Assembly: GCA_963934255.1 (NCBI GenBank)
Contig: CAWVXU010000032.1
Coordinates: forward strand, 1-26,337
DNA length: 26,337 nt
Reading direction: 5' to 3'
DNA from: an uncultured Fibrobacterales bacterium
GTDB lineage: Bacteria > Fibrobacterota > Fibrobacteria > Fibrobacterales > CAWVXU01
The translations under genes were made by a program, and so were the position numbers. Below are positions 1 through 10,856 of this stretch, in pieces. The notes under the pieces were generated by a model. That model was not told where the DNA came from. It was given only the letters and a program-made list of their open reading frames with translations, and did not search any database. Every line of letters begins with the position of its first letter. Within the stretch, counting starts at the first letter, position 1.

Positions 1-1
1 T

Positions 2-241
2 AATCTCTTTGAGTGCCCCTGAATCACCTTTAACGGTGCATACATTGAGAAGCAAAAGAGAATCTTCTTTTTCTTCAATGTTCAGTTCAGCGTTGCCATT
101 GGATGGTGTCGTATTTTGCAATAAATCAAATCCATCGCGACGTAAAACACCTTTAATCACTTCACCTTCGCCAAAATTTGCCGAACAACCAAAACTTTTG
201 ACTTCAATTTTTGACTTATGTTCTTCTGTTACTTCATTCAT
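2..241 (-). CDS. Radical-SAM methylthiotransferase (MiaB/MtaB/RimO family), N-terminal UPF0004 domain, runs off the window edge
   Basis: Not in the ORF track. Manual translation from ATG at 241-239 (TAATG overlap with the pdxH stop) gives MNEVTEEHKSKIEVKSFGCSANFGEGEVIKGVL...LLLLNVCTVKGDSGALKEI, open to the edge. GCxxN and NxC motifs are typical of methylthiotransferase N-domains. Confidence 0.85.
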   Translation of the reverse strand, partial: MNEVTEEHKSKIEVKSFGCSANFGEGEVIKGVLRRDGFDLLQNTTPSNGNAELNIEEKEDSLLLLNVCTVKGDSGALKEI

Positions 242-879
242 TAGGGCGCTACGCGATCAGTTGTCCATGACGAACCTGAAGGAGTATATATAAACCGATC
301 ATGTAAGCGATCAGGTCGACCTTGCCAAAACTCTACACGTTGAGGAATCAAAATATAGCCACCCCATTCTTGAGGGCATTCTGGTAGTTCACCTTCGGTT
401 AGCGTATGTTTTAATTCCTCTGCTGCTTGTAATAAACTCAAGCGAGTAGCTACTAGCTGACTTTGCGCTGAAATTACAGCATTAATTTGAGAGTCAAAAG
501 GCCGGCTTCTAAAATAGGCTTCATTTTGAATTCTATTGAGTTTAGATAGAGTTCCTTCGACGATTACCTGACGTTCAAGTTCTGTCCAATAAAAACAAAA
601 ACTAGCTTTAGAATTGGCCTGGATTTGCTCACCTTTAATTGAATTGTAGTTAGTGAAAAAAACAAAACCATTTTTAGTTGTTTCTTTAAGAAGTACAACT
701 CGCCCACGCGGCTGACCATCAGCTGAAACAGTTGAGATGACCATCGCGTTGGGTTTGTCGCAACCTTTGGATACAGCTTCACTAAACCATTTTTCAAATT
801 GTAGAATTGGATTTGGTTCTAGAGTTGCTCTTAATAAAGCGTCTTTTTGATAATCGTCTCTAATTTGATGTAATTTCAT
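241..879 (-). CDS. pdxH: Pyridoxamine 5'-phosphate oxidase
   Basis: RVVLLK, FFTNYNSIKG, YFRSRP and the C-terminal EFWQGRPDRLHDR signature. Confidence 0.97.
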   Translation of the reverse strand: MKLHQIRDDYQKDALLRATLEPNPILQFEKWFSEAVSKGCDKPNAMVISTVSADGQPRGRVVLLKETTKNGFVFFTNYNSIKGEQIQANSKASFCFYWTELERQVIVEGTLSKLNRIQNEAYFRSRPFDSQINAVISAQSQLVATRLSLLQAAEELKHTLTEGELPECPQEWGGYILIPQRVEFWQGRPDRLHDRFIYTPSGSSWTTDRVAP

Positions 880-924
880 CGTGGCCTAGCCTAAATTTAT
901 CAGTTGATTAATTGCAGTTATTGG

Positions 925-2019
925 TTAAACATTAAACAGGAAATTCATAATATCGCCGTCTTTGACTATATATTCTTTTCCTTCAGTTCTTAGACAACCG
1001 CTTTCTTTGGCGGTATTCCACGAACCATGCTCTCTAAAATCAGCAAATGCTAGTGTTTCAGCTCGAATAAAGCCACGTTCAAAATCAGTGTGAATAACAC
1101 CTGCGGCTTGAGGTGCTGAGTCACCTTGGTTTATCGTCCAAGCGCGAACTTCTTTTTTACCTGCGGTAAAATATGTTTGAAGTCCTAGAATGTGGTACCC
1201 AGTTCGGATAATTGTGTCAAGCCCTGCTTCTTCAAGGCCAAGATCATCAAGAAACTCTTTCTTATCGTCTGTGTCCATCTCAGCTAGTTCTTCTTCAATT
1301 TTACCACAAATGACGACAACGCCAGAGTTGTTCTCTTCAGCGTAGGCGCGAAGTTTGCGAACATAGTCGTTTTCTTTCAATAAATCTTCTTCTGCAACAT
1401 TGGCACAATAAAAAAGTGGTTTCATTGTCAGAAGAGACATCCCTTTGACGCCAATTGTCTCATCTTCTGTTAATTCAGCTTTGGCGGCTAATTTGCCTTC
1501 TTCGAGGAGAGGCCTGATTTTTTGAAGTGCCCCAAGTCGATCAATAGCGTCTTTATCTTTCCCACGAGCGAGTTTTTCTGTTTTTGTAAAAGAAGCTTCA
1601 ACAGACTCTAGATCTTTTAAAATAAGTTCAGTTTCAATAACCTCCGCATCGCGTATCGGATCAACGTTTCCGTTTACGTGAACGATATCTTCGTTTTCAA
1701 AACACCTTACTACGTGGAGAATGGCATTACATTCACGAATGTGCGTGAGGAATTGATTGCCAAGGCCTTCGCCTTTGGATGCACCTTCTACAAGCCCCGC
1801 TATATCCACAAACTGCATTACCGCAGGAATGATTTTTTCAGGAAGGTGAACTTTTGCAAGCTCGTCCATCCTTGCATCTGGAACTTCAACCATACCTACA
1901 TTGGGTTCAATTGTACAGAAAGGATAGTTCGCAGCTTCAGCACCAGCTTGAGTTACTGCGTTAAAAATGGTGGATTTACCTACATTTGGTAAACCGACAA
2001 GACCGCATTTAAAACCCAT
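925..2019 (-). CDS. ychF: Redox-regulated ribosome-binding ATPase YchF
   Basis: GLVGLPNVGKST P-loop, ANYPFCTIEPN, DIAGLVEGASKGEGLGNQFL and a C-terminal TGS domain ending in FNV. Confidence 0.98.
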   Translation of the reverse strand: MGFKCGLVGLPNVGKSTIFNAVTQAGAEAANYPFCTIEPNVGMVEVPDARMDELAKVHLPEKIIPAVMQFVDIAGLVEGASKGEGLGNQFLTHIRECNAILHVVRCFENEDIVHVNGNVDPIRDAEVIETELILKDLESVEASFTKTEKLARGKDKDAIDRLGALQKIRPLLEEGKLAAKAELTEDETIGVKGMSLLTMKPLFYCANVAEEDLLKENDYVRKLRAYAEENNSGVVVICGKIEEELAEMDTDDKKEFLDDLGLEEAGLDTIIRTGYHILGLQTYFTAGKKEVRAWTINQGDSAPQAAGVIHTDFERGFIRAETLAFADFREHGSWNTAKESGCLRTEGKEYIVKDGDIMNFLFNV

Positions 2020-2111
2020 TTGAAATTCCTTTGAAGAATTATGTTTAGATGTGTTGCAATTTAATAATTTAATAGCGATTCACCATAGACAAGCTGATTG
2101 AGGTAAGGAAA

Positions 2112-2924
2112 TTGGAAAGAAAAGAACGAAATAGGGTGATTTTTTTAGGAATTTCTCTTTTAATCATATTAATTGGGTGTGCAAAGCCTCAAATTCAGGA
2201 TTCATTAAATGAAGAAGAATATGACTTTATTACTAAAAGTTATCGAGGTGGAGTGGTCCTCATTGATTCATCATGGTTGAAATCAAGCTTAAAGGTTCGA
2301 GAAAACTCACTATTTGCTTGGTATCCAATTCAAAATGTTGAACTAGAGCTATTGTCACCGTGTGATTCTTGTCATGCTGCGAGCGCAAATTATTTTGAGT
2401 TTGAACATATAAATTCTATGAGAGCCCATCAAAAAGATGTTTTATTCGGAGTTGACTCTATTCTTGAATTGACTCCAGGAATTGGTGATTTCTCTGATGT
2501 TTCAACCATTGATCAAATACATAAAACTCTGATTAAAAAAATTCAAAGCTCAGTTTGGTCCAACGAACATCTTAAGTTAATTGATCCATTCCATGGTTTT
2601 TATGTTTATGAAAGACTTGAATTGTTAAATGATTTTTTGGCTGAAGTTCGCCAGCGAGTATCGGCAGATTATTTGTGGCTGCCCCTTCAAACTAAAATAC
2701 TCCTCAAGCCAAGGAATAATCAGCCTGAAGGCGAAGTTGATTTTGTTCATCATTGGATATTATATGATTTAAAAGAAGATCAAGTATTAATTCAGGTTTT
2801 TCAAAGTTTAATTTGGGATTCCGGCAATGAAGAAATTGATCGAAATTTGAGTCAATTAGCTTTGAAGCCTATGATAGGCTTCCATCAATCTCTTCAAGAT
2901 TCTCTACCTCATTGGGTGGAGTGA
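2112..2924 (+). CDS. Hypothetical lipoprotein with a single CxxCH motif
   Basis: 270-aa ORF. TTG start follows TAAGGA. Basic N-terminus, hydrophobic stretch and LIG-C lipobox. CDSCH at aa 84-88. Confidence 0.7.
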   Translation: MERKERNRVIFLGISLLIILIGCAKPQIQDSLNEEEYDFITKSYRGGVVLIDSSWLKSSLKVRENSLFAWYPIQNVELELLSPCDSCHAASANYFEFEHINSMRAHQKDVLFGVDSILELTPGIGDFSDVSTIDQIHKTLIKKIQSSVWSNEHLKLIDPFHGFYVYERLELLNDFLAEVRQRVSADYLWLPLQTKILLKPRNNQPEGEVDFVHHWILYDLKEDQVLIQVFQSLIWDSGNEEIDRNLSQLALKPMIGFHQSLQDSLPHWVE

Positions 2925-3750
2925 TTATGTTCTTGTCGTTAACCCCTTTATCAATTTTAAGATAGAGCAAAGTTCCACCAGTCACAAATAATGGGATCAA
3001 GAAAAAGTTTAGAATGGGAATCATTAGGATGAGGTAAATCATCCCGCCAAAACTTAGTGACTCGATTGGGTGTTTCAAAAGCATGATTAATCGAGGCTTA
3101 AGTTTTAATTCACGTCGGTCCATAGAGTATGCCATTGCATCATATGTAAACCAAAGACAAGCATAAATAGTGGATGCTATCAAAAAGATAATTGCGCCAA
3201 TTCCTGGGATAAGCAGACTGCACAAATAGAACAAACTAAAGAATAAAATAAGTAATATTAATCGTTGCCCTTCTGTTAAGCAAGTAATGTAAAGAGATCG
3301 TAATATGGGGGGAGCTTCAATTCCAACCTCAGATTCTTCCAAAGATATTTTTTCAACATGTTCAGATAAAACATCATTAAATGGCGAACTTACTACTTTC
3401 AAAAATCCATAGACAATAATGAGCTCGAGTAAAACCAATATAAACCATAATATGATATCTAATAAGAAGCTGAGCGCAAGTAGAAACCAGTACCAACCTG
3501 TGGACCATAAAGTGGAAAGTTTTGAATCAGTTACCTCTGGTGGACTAGGGGATGTGTCCGGTAAAAAACTTTTAAAAAAGGCAAAAGTCTCATCGAAAAA
3601 ATAAATCGCAGGAAGCATCACTACAATGGTAATGGCAATAGGGAGCCAACAATACTTCCAAAGGTGCCTATTCTTTAAAAGAAGCTTTGCTCCTGATAAA
3701 ATTGGAGTCCAACCAGGAATCCACAATTTGTTGTCAAAATCAAATTTCAT
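2869..3750 (-). CDS. EI24/CysZ-family membrane protein
   Basis: Several TM segments with the CysZ-like motifs SSPFNDVLSEHVE, Y-x-MDRR and IPILNFFLIPLFVTGGTLLY. Confidence 0.8.
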   Translation of the reverse strand: MKFDFDNKLWIPGWTPILSGAKLLLKNRHLWKYCWLPIAITIVVMLPAIYFFDETFAFFKSFLPDTSPSPPEVTDSKLSTLWSTGWYWFLLALSFLLDIILWFILVLLELIIVYGFLKVVSSPFNDVLSEHVEKISLEESEVGIEAPPILRSLYITCLTEGQRLILLILFFSLFYLCSLLIPGIGAIIFLIASTIYACLWFTYDAMAYSMDRRELKLKPRLIMLLKHPIESLSFGGMIYLILMIPILNFFLIPLFVTGGTLLYLKIDKGVNDKNIITPPNEVENLEEIDGSLS

Positions 3751-3751
3751 G

Positions 3752-6700
3752 TTATTTCTCTAATTGTATTTCTATTAATGTTTCATTAAGAATGTTATTC
3801 CATTCATTTCGGATTTCCGGATATTCGGAAGGGTCAGCATAGGCTGAATAAGTTTTCCAATGTGTAGAATAAGCAAAATAGTTTTCATTTTGTTCAGCTT
3901 GATTTTCGTACTCAGTGTAGTGAGTTTTTTCAGGAAGAGTTTGTCTAGTTTTAGGGTAACGAATAAGGAAGTCTTTGGGTGACTTCATTTTTGCATGTGA
4001 CTTGAAAGTCATTTCATCAGGAATTCTAATCGGGTGTAATCTATTTGCATTTTGTGGAAGTCGCATCAAGGTTGCTTCCCAAATATTAGGAAGGATTACA
4101 ACATCTTTACGGGCAGGATTCCAATAGTCATCGCTTCTTAGGAAGATTTTGATTTTAAATGGCTTCGTGTACTCCTCCAAATTTGTAAGCTCAACACTTT
4201 GAACTTGAATGTTTGGCACTTCTAATGAGAACCATCTTCTGAGATATTCTCTCATTTGTGATTGAGTAAAACCAAAAAGTTTTTCTCGAAATAAGGCACC
4301 AAATTTTCCGTCTAAAGTAATTTCATCTTTGATTTCAAGAGAGCCATCTTCATTTAAGAAATATTGATGGTTAAAGTCAGCATGATGTTCTTTTGAATTA
4401 GTTAAAATGGGCGTAGTAATCATTTTTGATTTGGAACCATCAATCAATAAAGCATTACGGCCTTCAAGATGATATGGGATTATTCGATCAGTTCCAATCG
4501 TTTCAGTCAGATCAACATATTGCTCTCTGATGCCTTGTCCGGGGGGGATGTATAGTATCATATGGTTAAACTGTTGGATGGTTGGCATTCCGACTGAGAC
4601 AGGCTCTTTTAGGTGTATGAGAGTGAGGTATGATTTAAGATTAAATACTGCTAGAATTTCTTTTAACAAGAGGCTTTGGTCTTTACAATCACCTTGAAAA
4701 CGGGATAAAGTCTCAGATGACTTAGCGGGAATCAAAGAACTTCCACCAAATCCAGTGTTTTTATATTTAATGTATCTCCGTATCCAGTTAATTGTCGAGT
4801 CAACGATAATTTGTGGATCATGCTTATTACCTCTTAATTCATAGGCTTTTTCTTTAACAGTAATAGAATTTGAATACTGATGTTTTAGTAGGTTTTCATA
4901 TTCACGTCCTATAGATTCCCAACTGCGGTTTTCAGCTAGTGTTATGCCACTTGCTATATCTCTGATTGATGGCATTAATGCCTCATATTGAGTCGTTGGT
5001 GGGAATTCAAAAGTCCAAATCATTTTATTGTCTTTTTCACTGAGTTCAGAAAGACCATAATCTTCTACACGGAGATTTGAGGGCGGATTGTGGAGTTCAA
5101 AAACATCTTTTGCAGTTTGGATATCTCTACTTGCTATGTGATTCTTATAAGGTAAATGCAGGGCTTTGTCGATCGATTTTCTAGTCAATTGTAAGTGAAT
5201 AAAATCACCTTCCTCCAGGTCTTTAACTGGGAAATGAGCTAGTTGAGTTTGTTTAGAAATTTCTGCCCCAAGCTCTGTTGTAACATAAAAGTCTTTTATT
5301 GCCCCTTTCCACTTGAGATTTAATTCGGAGTCATAGACTATAATGAAATTCATGTAAAGACGATCATAGCCGGGGATAAATGGGTCATTAATCTCTTGAT
5401 ACCGGGCAACACCTGATGAATCTAAAATTTCAATTAGAAGTTCCTGACTATTAGTCCAATGGGATCCTTTTTTAAAACTCAAAACTTCCCGCGCAAGGTG
5501 AATTCTTGCTCCTTGAGAAATATTGTTTGACCAATCTTTATGTATTGATTTTTTAATTGATTTTGGTTTGAAGGCAGGTTTGAGTTTTTTTGATAACGCT
5601 TTAGATTTTCCTTTTCCTAAAAAAGCTTCACTTGCAGCAAGTAAGCTTGCTGCTTCATCGTTTGAACGATCTAATTTCAGAGAGCTTCGGAGCGATTTTT
5701 CAGCATTTTTAAATTGTTTTAAATAAAATTCAGACTTCCCCTTAGCAAACCAAGTAATGTCATCGTGGCCATTCAAAGAAACAAGTTGCGACTGGATTGT
5801 CAGTGCTTCTTCATATCTTTCCATAATTAGGAGCCCCTTCAAAAGAGTATGACCTAATTCTTGATTTAAACCAAATGTACGTTTAAGGCTATATAAAACA
5901 TCTATCGCATCTGCTGTTCTTTCAAGGCCTAATAAGGTTTTAGCATAGTATATACCTAATCTCTTTGATGGCTGTTTTTTAAATAAATCATAGACAACGC
6001 GCAAGCTCATCCCTTTGTAGCCAACACCCCAGTATGCATCAGAAAGGTTAATAACCAGTTCTTCATCAAGAGGGTAGAATCTTATGGCTAACAAATACAA
6101 ATCAAGGGCTTGGTCATATTGTGACATTTCCTCGTATAACTCTCCCATAATCCAAAGTAGTTTACCATGAGATTTAACCAATTCAAATTGTTTTTCAAAT
6201 CGTTTTGAACCAGGGGCATGCAAATTTTTAAGCTGATAAATGAAGCCACAATTCATTAAATATAAAGCCTTAGAAGGGTCTGCAGTATTTGCTTTTTCAA
6301 AGAAATTAAGAGCTAAAAGTGGTTGGTTAGATGTGAGTTTTAAAAGACCAATTTGATTCAAGAGAGCAGCTGTAGCAATTGAAGTGTTTATCGATTCATC
6401 TTGCGCAGTCCAGTTGAGTTCTTTGTAAAAAGGTTTCGTGAGATAATTTTCCAAGCGGACCTTGCTACCCATCATGCTTAGCATAGCAAACTTATTGCCT
6501 TGACGGGTAAATGTGGCTTTTAAAGTGGATGAGTTCCGATTGTCAGAATCTTCAAAAACAATTGATATTATTTCGTGATCTTTTTTAGAACTCAGGTACT
6601 TTTGTCTGATTTTGGGATTAGTGGCGTCAAGGCCATGACTCATTAGATAAGAGAGTAAAACATCTTGCGTGTTTAGATTTGAGCTGGGGGAGTGAGTTGA

Positions 6701-7501
6701 ATAAAGAGTCACGAGTACAGAATCATCTTTTGATATCCATGCATTTTGAGCAGGAGTCAGTAATTGAGAATGATCTTGGAGTTTGAGCCAATTGACATCT
6801 GTGAATTCAAATTTAATGCCAGTGGGGGAGAAAAGTACATCAGGAGAGTCGATAGGCTTTGGCAGAGATTTTTTTAGCGATTCTAGAGCGCCTTTATATT
6901 CAAAACCTGATATAATTGACTCCCAAAGCTTATTTGCTTGGGCAATATCTACATCATTCATTCGAGAATTTAGCTCTAGTTGATAATAAAAACGTTCACC
7001 AAGTCCAACCCAACCTTTGTTATAGAGCTGTCCATTTTTTGACTTTCCTTTAATTTCCCAAAGATTTCCTTTGATTTTAGAAATAGAAACAACACTTCGA
7101 TTAGTGAATTCGACTTCTGGAAGAGCGTTTTCCCAAGAAGATTGCTCTTCCCTGGATTTGTCAACGGAGGTATTTCTTTCTCCTTTAGAGTGCGATGTAT
7201 ATTTTAAGGAGAATTGAAAAGGCAGTGATTTATGGTCAAAAGTGAGAAGTTCAGGGTGTAAGCCTGTTGAATCAGGGATGAAATCCCATTCTGAATCTAA
7301 AGATAAAGTGAATTGTACTTGATTATCAGTAACTTTAAAGGGGTAGCGTTGAATCGCACGGTTGGGACTGGACGATTTGTATTCATTGAATTGATTATCG
7401 CTTGGGTTAACATCTAAAGATGCTTTTTGGTTTGGATTTGCGCATGAAGCAAGAATCAAAATGGCAAATGAAATAAGTAGGTGGAAAGAGTTCATTTTCA
7501 A
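3752..7501 (-). CDS. Large lipoprotein with TPRs and a DUF3857/transglutaminase-like module
   Basis: LAS-C lipobox, central TPR helices, and GDCKD / FNHMI / YVD motifs giving a Cys-His-Asp triad. Start is TTG 7501 or ATG 7495, downstream of GGAG. Confidence 0.8.
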   Translation of the reverse strand: MKMNSFHLLISFAILILASCANPNQKASLDVNPSDNQFNEYKSSSPNRAIQRYPFKVTDNQVQFTLSLDSEWDFIPDSTGLHPELLTFDHKSLPFQFSLKYTSHSKGERNTSVDKSREEQSSWENALPEVEFTNRSVVSISKIKGNLWEIKGKSKNGQLYNKGWVGLGERFYYQLELNSRMNDVDIAQANKLWESIISGFEYKGALESLKKSLPKPIDSPDVLFSPTGIKFEFTDVNWLKLQDHSQLLTPAQNAWISKDDSVLVTLYSTHSPSSNLNTQDVLLSYLMSHGLDATNPKIRQKYLSSKKDHEIISIVFEDSDNRNSSTLKATFTRQGNKFAMLSMMGSKVRLENYLTKPFYKELNWTAQDESINTSIATAALLNQIGLLKLTSNQPLLALNFFEKANTADPSKALYLMNCGFIYQLKNLHAPGSKRFEKQFELVKSHGKLLWIMGELYEEMSQYDQALDLYLLAIRFYPLDEELVINLSDAYWGVGYKGMSLRVVYDLFKKQPSKRLGIYYAKTLLGLERTADAIDVLYSLKRTFGLNQELGHTLLKGLLIMERYEEALTIQSQLVSLNGHDDITWFAKGKSEFYLKQFKNAEKSLRSSLKLDRSNDEAASLLAASEAFLGKGKSKALSKKLKPAFKPKSIKKSIHKDWSNNISQGARIHLAREVLSFKKGSHWTNSQELLIEILDSSGVARYQEINDPFIPGYDRLYMNFIIVYDSELNLKWKGAIKDFYVTTELGAEISKQTQLAHFPVKDLEEGDFIHLQLTRKSIDKALHLPYKNHIASRDIQTAKDVFELHNPPSNLRVEDYGLSELSEKDNKMIWTFEFPPTTQYEALMPSIRDIASGITLAENRSWESIGREYENLLKHQYSNSITVKEKAYELRGNKHDPQIIVDSTINWIRRYIKYKNTGFGGSSLIPAKSSETLSRFQGDCKDQSLLLKEILAVFNLKSYLTLIHLKEPVSVGMPTIQQFNHMILYIPPGQGIREQYVDLTETIGTDRIIPYHLEGRNALLIDGSKSKMITTPILTNSKEHHADFNHQYFLNEDGSLEIKDEITLDGKFGALFREKLFGFTQSQMREYLRRWFSLEVPNIQVQSVELTNLEEYTKPFKIKIFLRSDDYWNPARKDVVILPNIWEATLMRLPQNANRLHPIRIPDEMTFKSHAKMKSPKDFLIRYPKTRQTLPEKTHYTEYENQAEQNENYFAYSTHWKTYSAYADPSEYPEIRNEWNNILNETLIEIQLEK

Positions 7502-7640
7502 GTATCTCCATGCGGGTCTTCAGAGTAAGTTACCCAAGGGATATGGGTGAAATCATAAGTATATCAGCTAATTTACAAATCTTTACGTAATCTTGTTTGG
7601 ACAATATGACTTACATGAAACATCTTTATCAATGAAATCG

Positions 7641-8720
<1,080 letters not shown>

Positions 8721-8731
8721 TAGAACTATCG

Positions 8732-8763
8732 AAAATGGTCTGGACTTTCCAGGCCATTTTTTT
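8732..8763 (+). terminator. Intrinsic terminator or stabilising hairpin after gap
   Basis: AAAATGGTCTGGA-CTT-TCCAGGCCATTTT with one G-U pair, running into a T tract. Confidence 0.75.
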
Positions 8764-8808
8764 GTTTCTAAGTATTTGAAATTTTAAAAACTCAAATTAA
8801 GGATTACC

Positions 8809-10014
8809 ATGGCTAAATTATTTATTGAAGATCTAGATGTCGCTGGAAAAAAAGTCATCGTTCGTGTGGATTATAATGTGCCTCTTAAAGAAGGTAAAGT
8901 AGACTCAGACAAGCGTCTAGTTGCTTCTCTACCTACTGTTAAATTTCTCAAAGATAAGGGTGCAAAAGTTATTCTTATGTCTCATCTGGGTCGTCCCAAA
9001 GGTCAAGTAGTTGACACGTTGAGCCTTGCTCCTGTTGCTACTCGTTTGGGTGAAATCCTAGGTAGTGAAGTAAAATTCGTTAATCAATGTGTTGGTGTTG
9101 AAGCAGAGTCGGCTGTTGCTGCTCTTAGTGAAGGTGAAGTGTTACTACTTGAAAATCTACGTTTCCACCCTGAAGAAACTGAAAACGATGAAGGCTTTGC
9201 TGAGCAACTTGCTAGTCTTGCTGATGTCTATGTAAATGATGCCTTTGGAACTGCTCATAGAGCACATGCATCAACAGCGGGTATAACTGCATTTATTGAA
9301 CAATGTGCATGTGGATATCTCATTAAAAAAGAGCTTGATTTCCTTGGTGGTGCTTTAGATGAACCTAAGCGCCCCTTTATTTCCATTATTGGTGGAGCTA
9401 AAATCTCAGGAAAAATTGATGTAGTTGATGCACTACTACCAAAAGTTGATAACATTATCATTGGTGGTGGCATGGCATACACTTTTTACAAAGCCCAAGG
9501 ACACGAAATTGGTAAATCACTTTGCGAAGACGATAAAATGCCTCTTGCGCTTGAACTAATGAAGCAAGCCGATGGAAAACTAGTTTTACCAACTGATTGC
9601 ACTATACTTGATCCAGACCATTTAAACTTTAAAGACCGTTGTGTAGACGGCCCTGTTGAAATAGCTCAATTCGATAAAATTCCTATGGACAAAGAGGGTT
9701 GTGATATCGGTCCTGATTCAATCAAAACTTTTTGTGATATTGTAAAATCTGCTGGCACGGTTGTTTGGAATGGCCCAATGGGTATTTTTGAGCTACCTGA
9801 ATGTGCTACTGGTACTTTTGCTGTAGCCGATGCTCTAGTAGAAGCGACTAAAAATGGTGCAATCACTATTATTGGTGGTGGTGATTCAGCTTCAGCTATT
9901 GAAAAAGCTGGGCTTGAGGACAAAGTATCACACGTTTCAACTGGTGGTGGAGCTTCTCTAGAATTCTTAGAAGGCAAAAAACTCCCTGGCGTTGAAGCTC
10001 TTACAGAAGTCTAA
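8809..10014 (+). CDS. pgk: Phosphoglycerate kinase
   Basis: RVDYNVP, SHLGRP, LLENLRF, DAFGTAHRAHAS, GGAK, STGGGASLEFLEGK. Confidence 0.98.
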   Translation: MAKLFIEDLDVAGKKVIVRVDYNVPLKEGKVDSDKRLVASLPTVKFLKDKGAKVILMSHLGRPKGQVVDTLSLAPVATRLGEILGSEVKFVNQCVGVEAESAVAALSEGEVLLLENLRFHPEETENDEGFAEQLASLADVYVNDAFGTAHRAHASTAGITAFIEQCACGYLIKKELDFLGGALDEPKRPFISIIGGAKISGKIDVVDALLPKVDNIIIGGGMAYTFYKAQGHEIGKSLCEDDKMPLALELMKQADGKLVLPTDCTILDPDHLNFKDRCVDGPVEIAQFDKIPMDKEGCDIGPDSIKTFCDIVKSAGTVVWNGPMGIFELPECATGTFAVADALVEATKNGAITIIGGGDSASAIEKAGLEDKVSHVSTGGGASLEFLEGKKLPGVEALTEV

Positions 10015-10076
10015 ATTTTAAATTAATTATCAATATGGTTTCCACAAAGCGTGGGGCCATTTTTAAAGGAAAAATA

Positions 10077-10844
10077 ATGCCTAAATATATTATTGCTGGT
10101 AACTGGAAAATGAACAAAACAGTTGCTGAGTCTGTGCAGCTTGCTGAGGAAATCAAAACAGCTGCTGCTGGAATTGAGAATGTTGGAATTATCGTGACTC
10201 CAACATACCTTGCAACAGCTAAAGTTGCTGATGTTTTAAAAGGTTCAAATGTTAAAGTAGCAGTTCAAGACGTTCATTTTGAAGATGCTGGGGCATATAC
10301 CGGTAAAGTTTCTGTTGAGCAAGTTAAAGAAGCTGGCGCCGAATATGTTATTCTTGGCCATTCTGAACAACGTCAATTCTTTGGCGAAACAGATGTCACT
10401 GTAAATAAAAAAACTGTTAAAGTTCTTTCAGCTGGTCTAACTCCAATTGTATGTATCGGTGAAACTTTAGCTGAGCGTGAAGGTGGAAAACTTGAATCAG
10501 TTCTTCGCACTCAAATTCAAGGTGCATACGCTGGAATAAGCGCTGACGATACCGCTAAGACAATTGTTGCTTATGAGCCAGTTTGGGCAATCGGGACAGG
10601 TGTTACGGCTTCTGATGAGCAAGCACAAGAGACTCAGGCTTTTTGTCGTTCAGTACTCGCAGACCTTTATGGTGTTGCTGTGTCTTCAGAGTTAACAATT
10701 CAGTATGGTGGATCTATGAAACCAGCAAATGCAGAGGGTTTACTTGGACAAAATGATATCGATGGTGGATTAATTGGCGGTGCAGCCTTGCAAGCCGAAA
10801 CTTTTATAGGTATTATTACTGCCGCTCAAAAAGTTCAAGCCTAG
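10077..10844 (+). CDS. tpiA: Triosephosphate isomerase
   Basis: AGNWKMN, GHSE, AYEPVWAIGTG, YGGS, GGLIGGA. Start moved to ATG 10077, which follows AAAGGA. Confidence 0.98.
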   Translation: MPKYIIAGNWKMNKTVAESVQLAEEIKTAAAGIENVGIIVTPTYLATAKVADVLKGSNVKVAVQDVHFEDAGAYTGKVSVEQVKEAGAEYVILGHSEQRQFFGETDVTVNKKTVKVLSAGLTPIVCIGETLAEREGGKLESVLRTQIQGAYAGISADDTAKTIVAYEPVWAIGTGVTASDEQAQETQAFCRSVLADLYGVAVSSELTIQYGGSMKPANAEGLLGQNDIDGGLIGGAALQAETFIGIITAAQKVQA

Positions 10845-10856
10845 AAGGGTGATTCC

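Noticed and set aside
9..293. 94-aa plus-strand ORF
   Set aside because: Antisense shadow of the methylthiotransferase gene, which carries the recognisable motifs.
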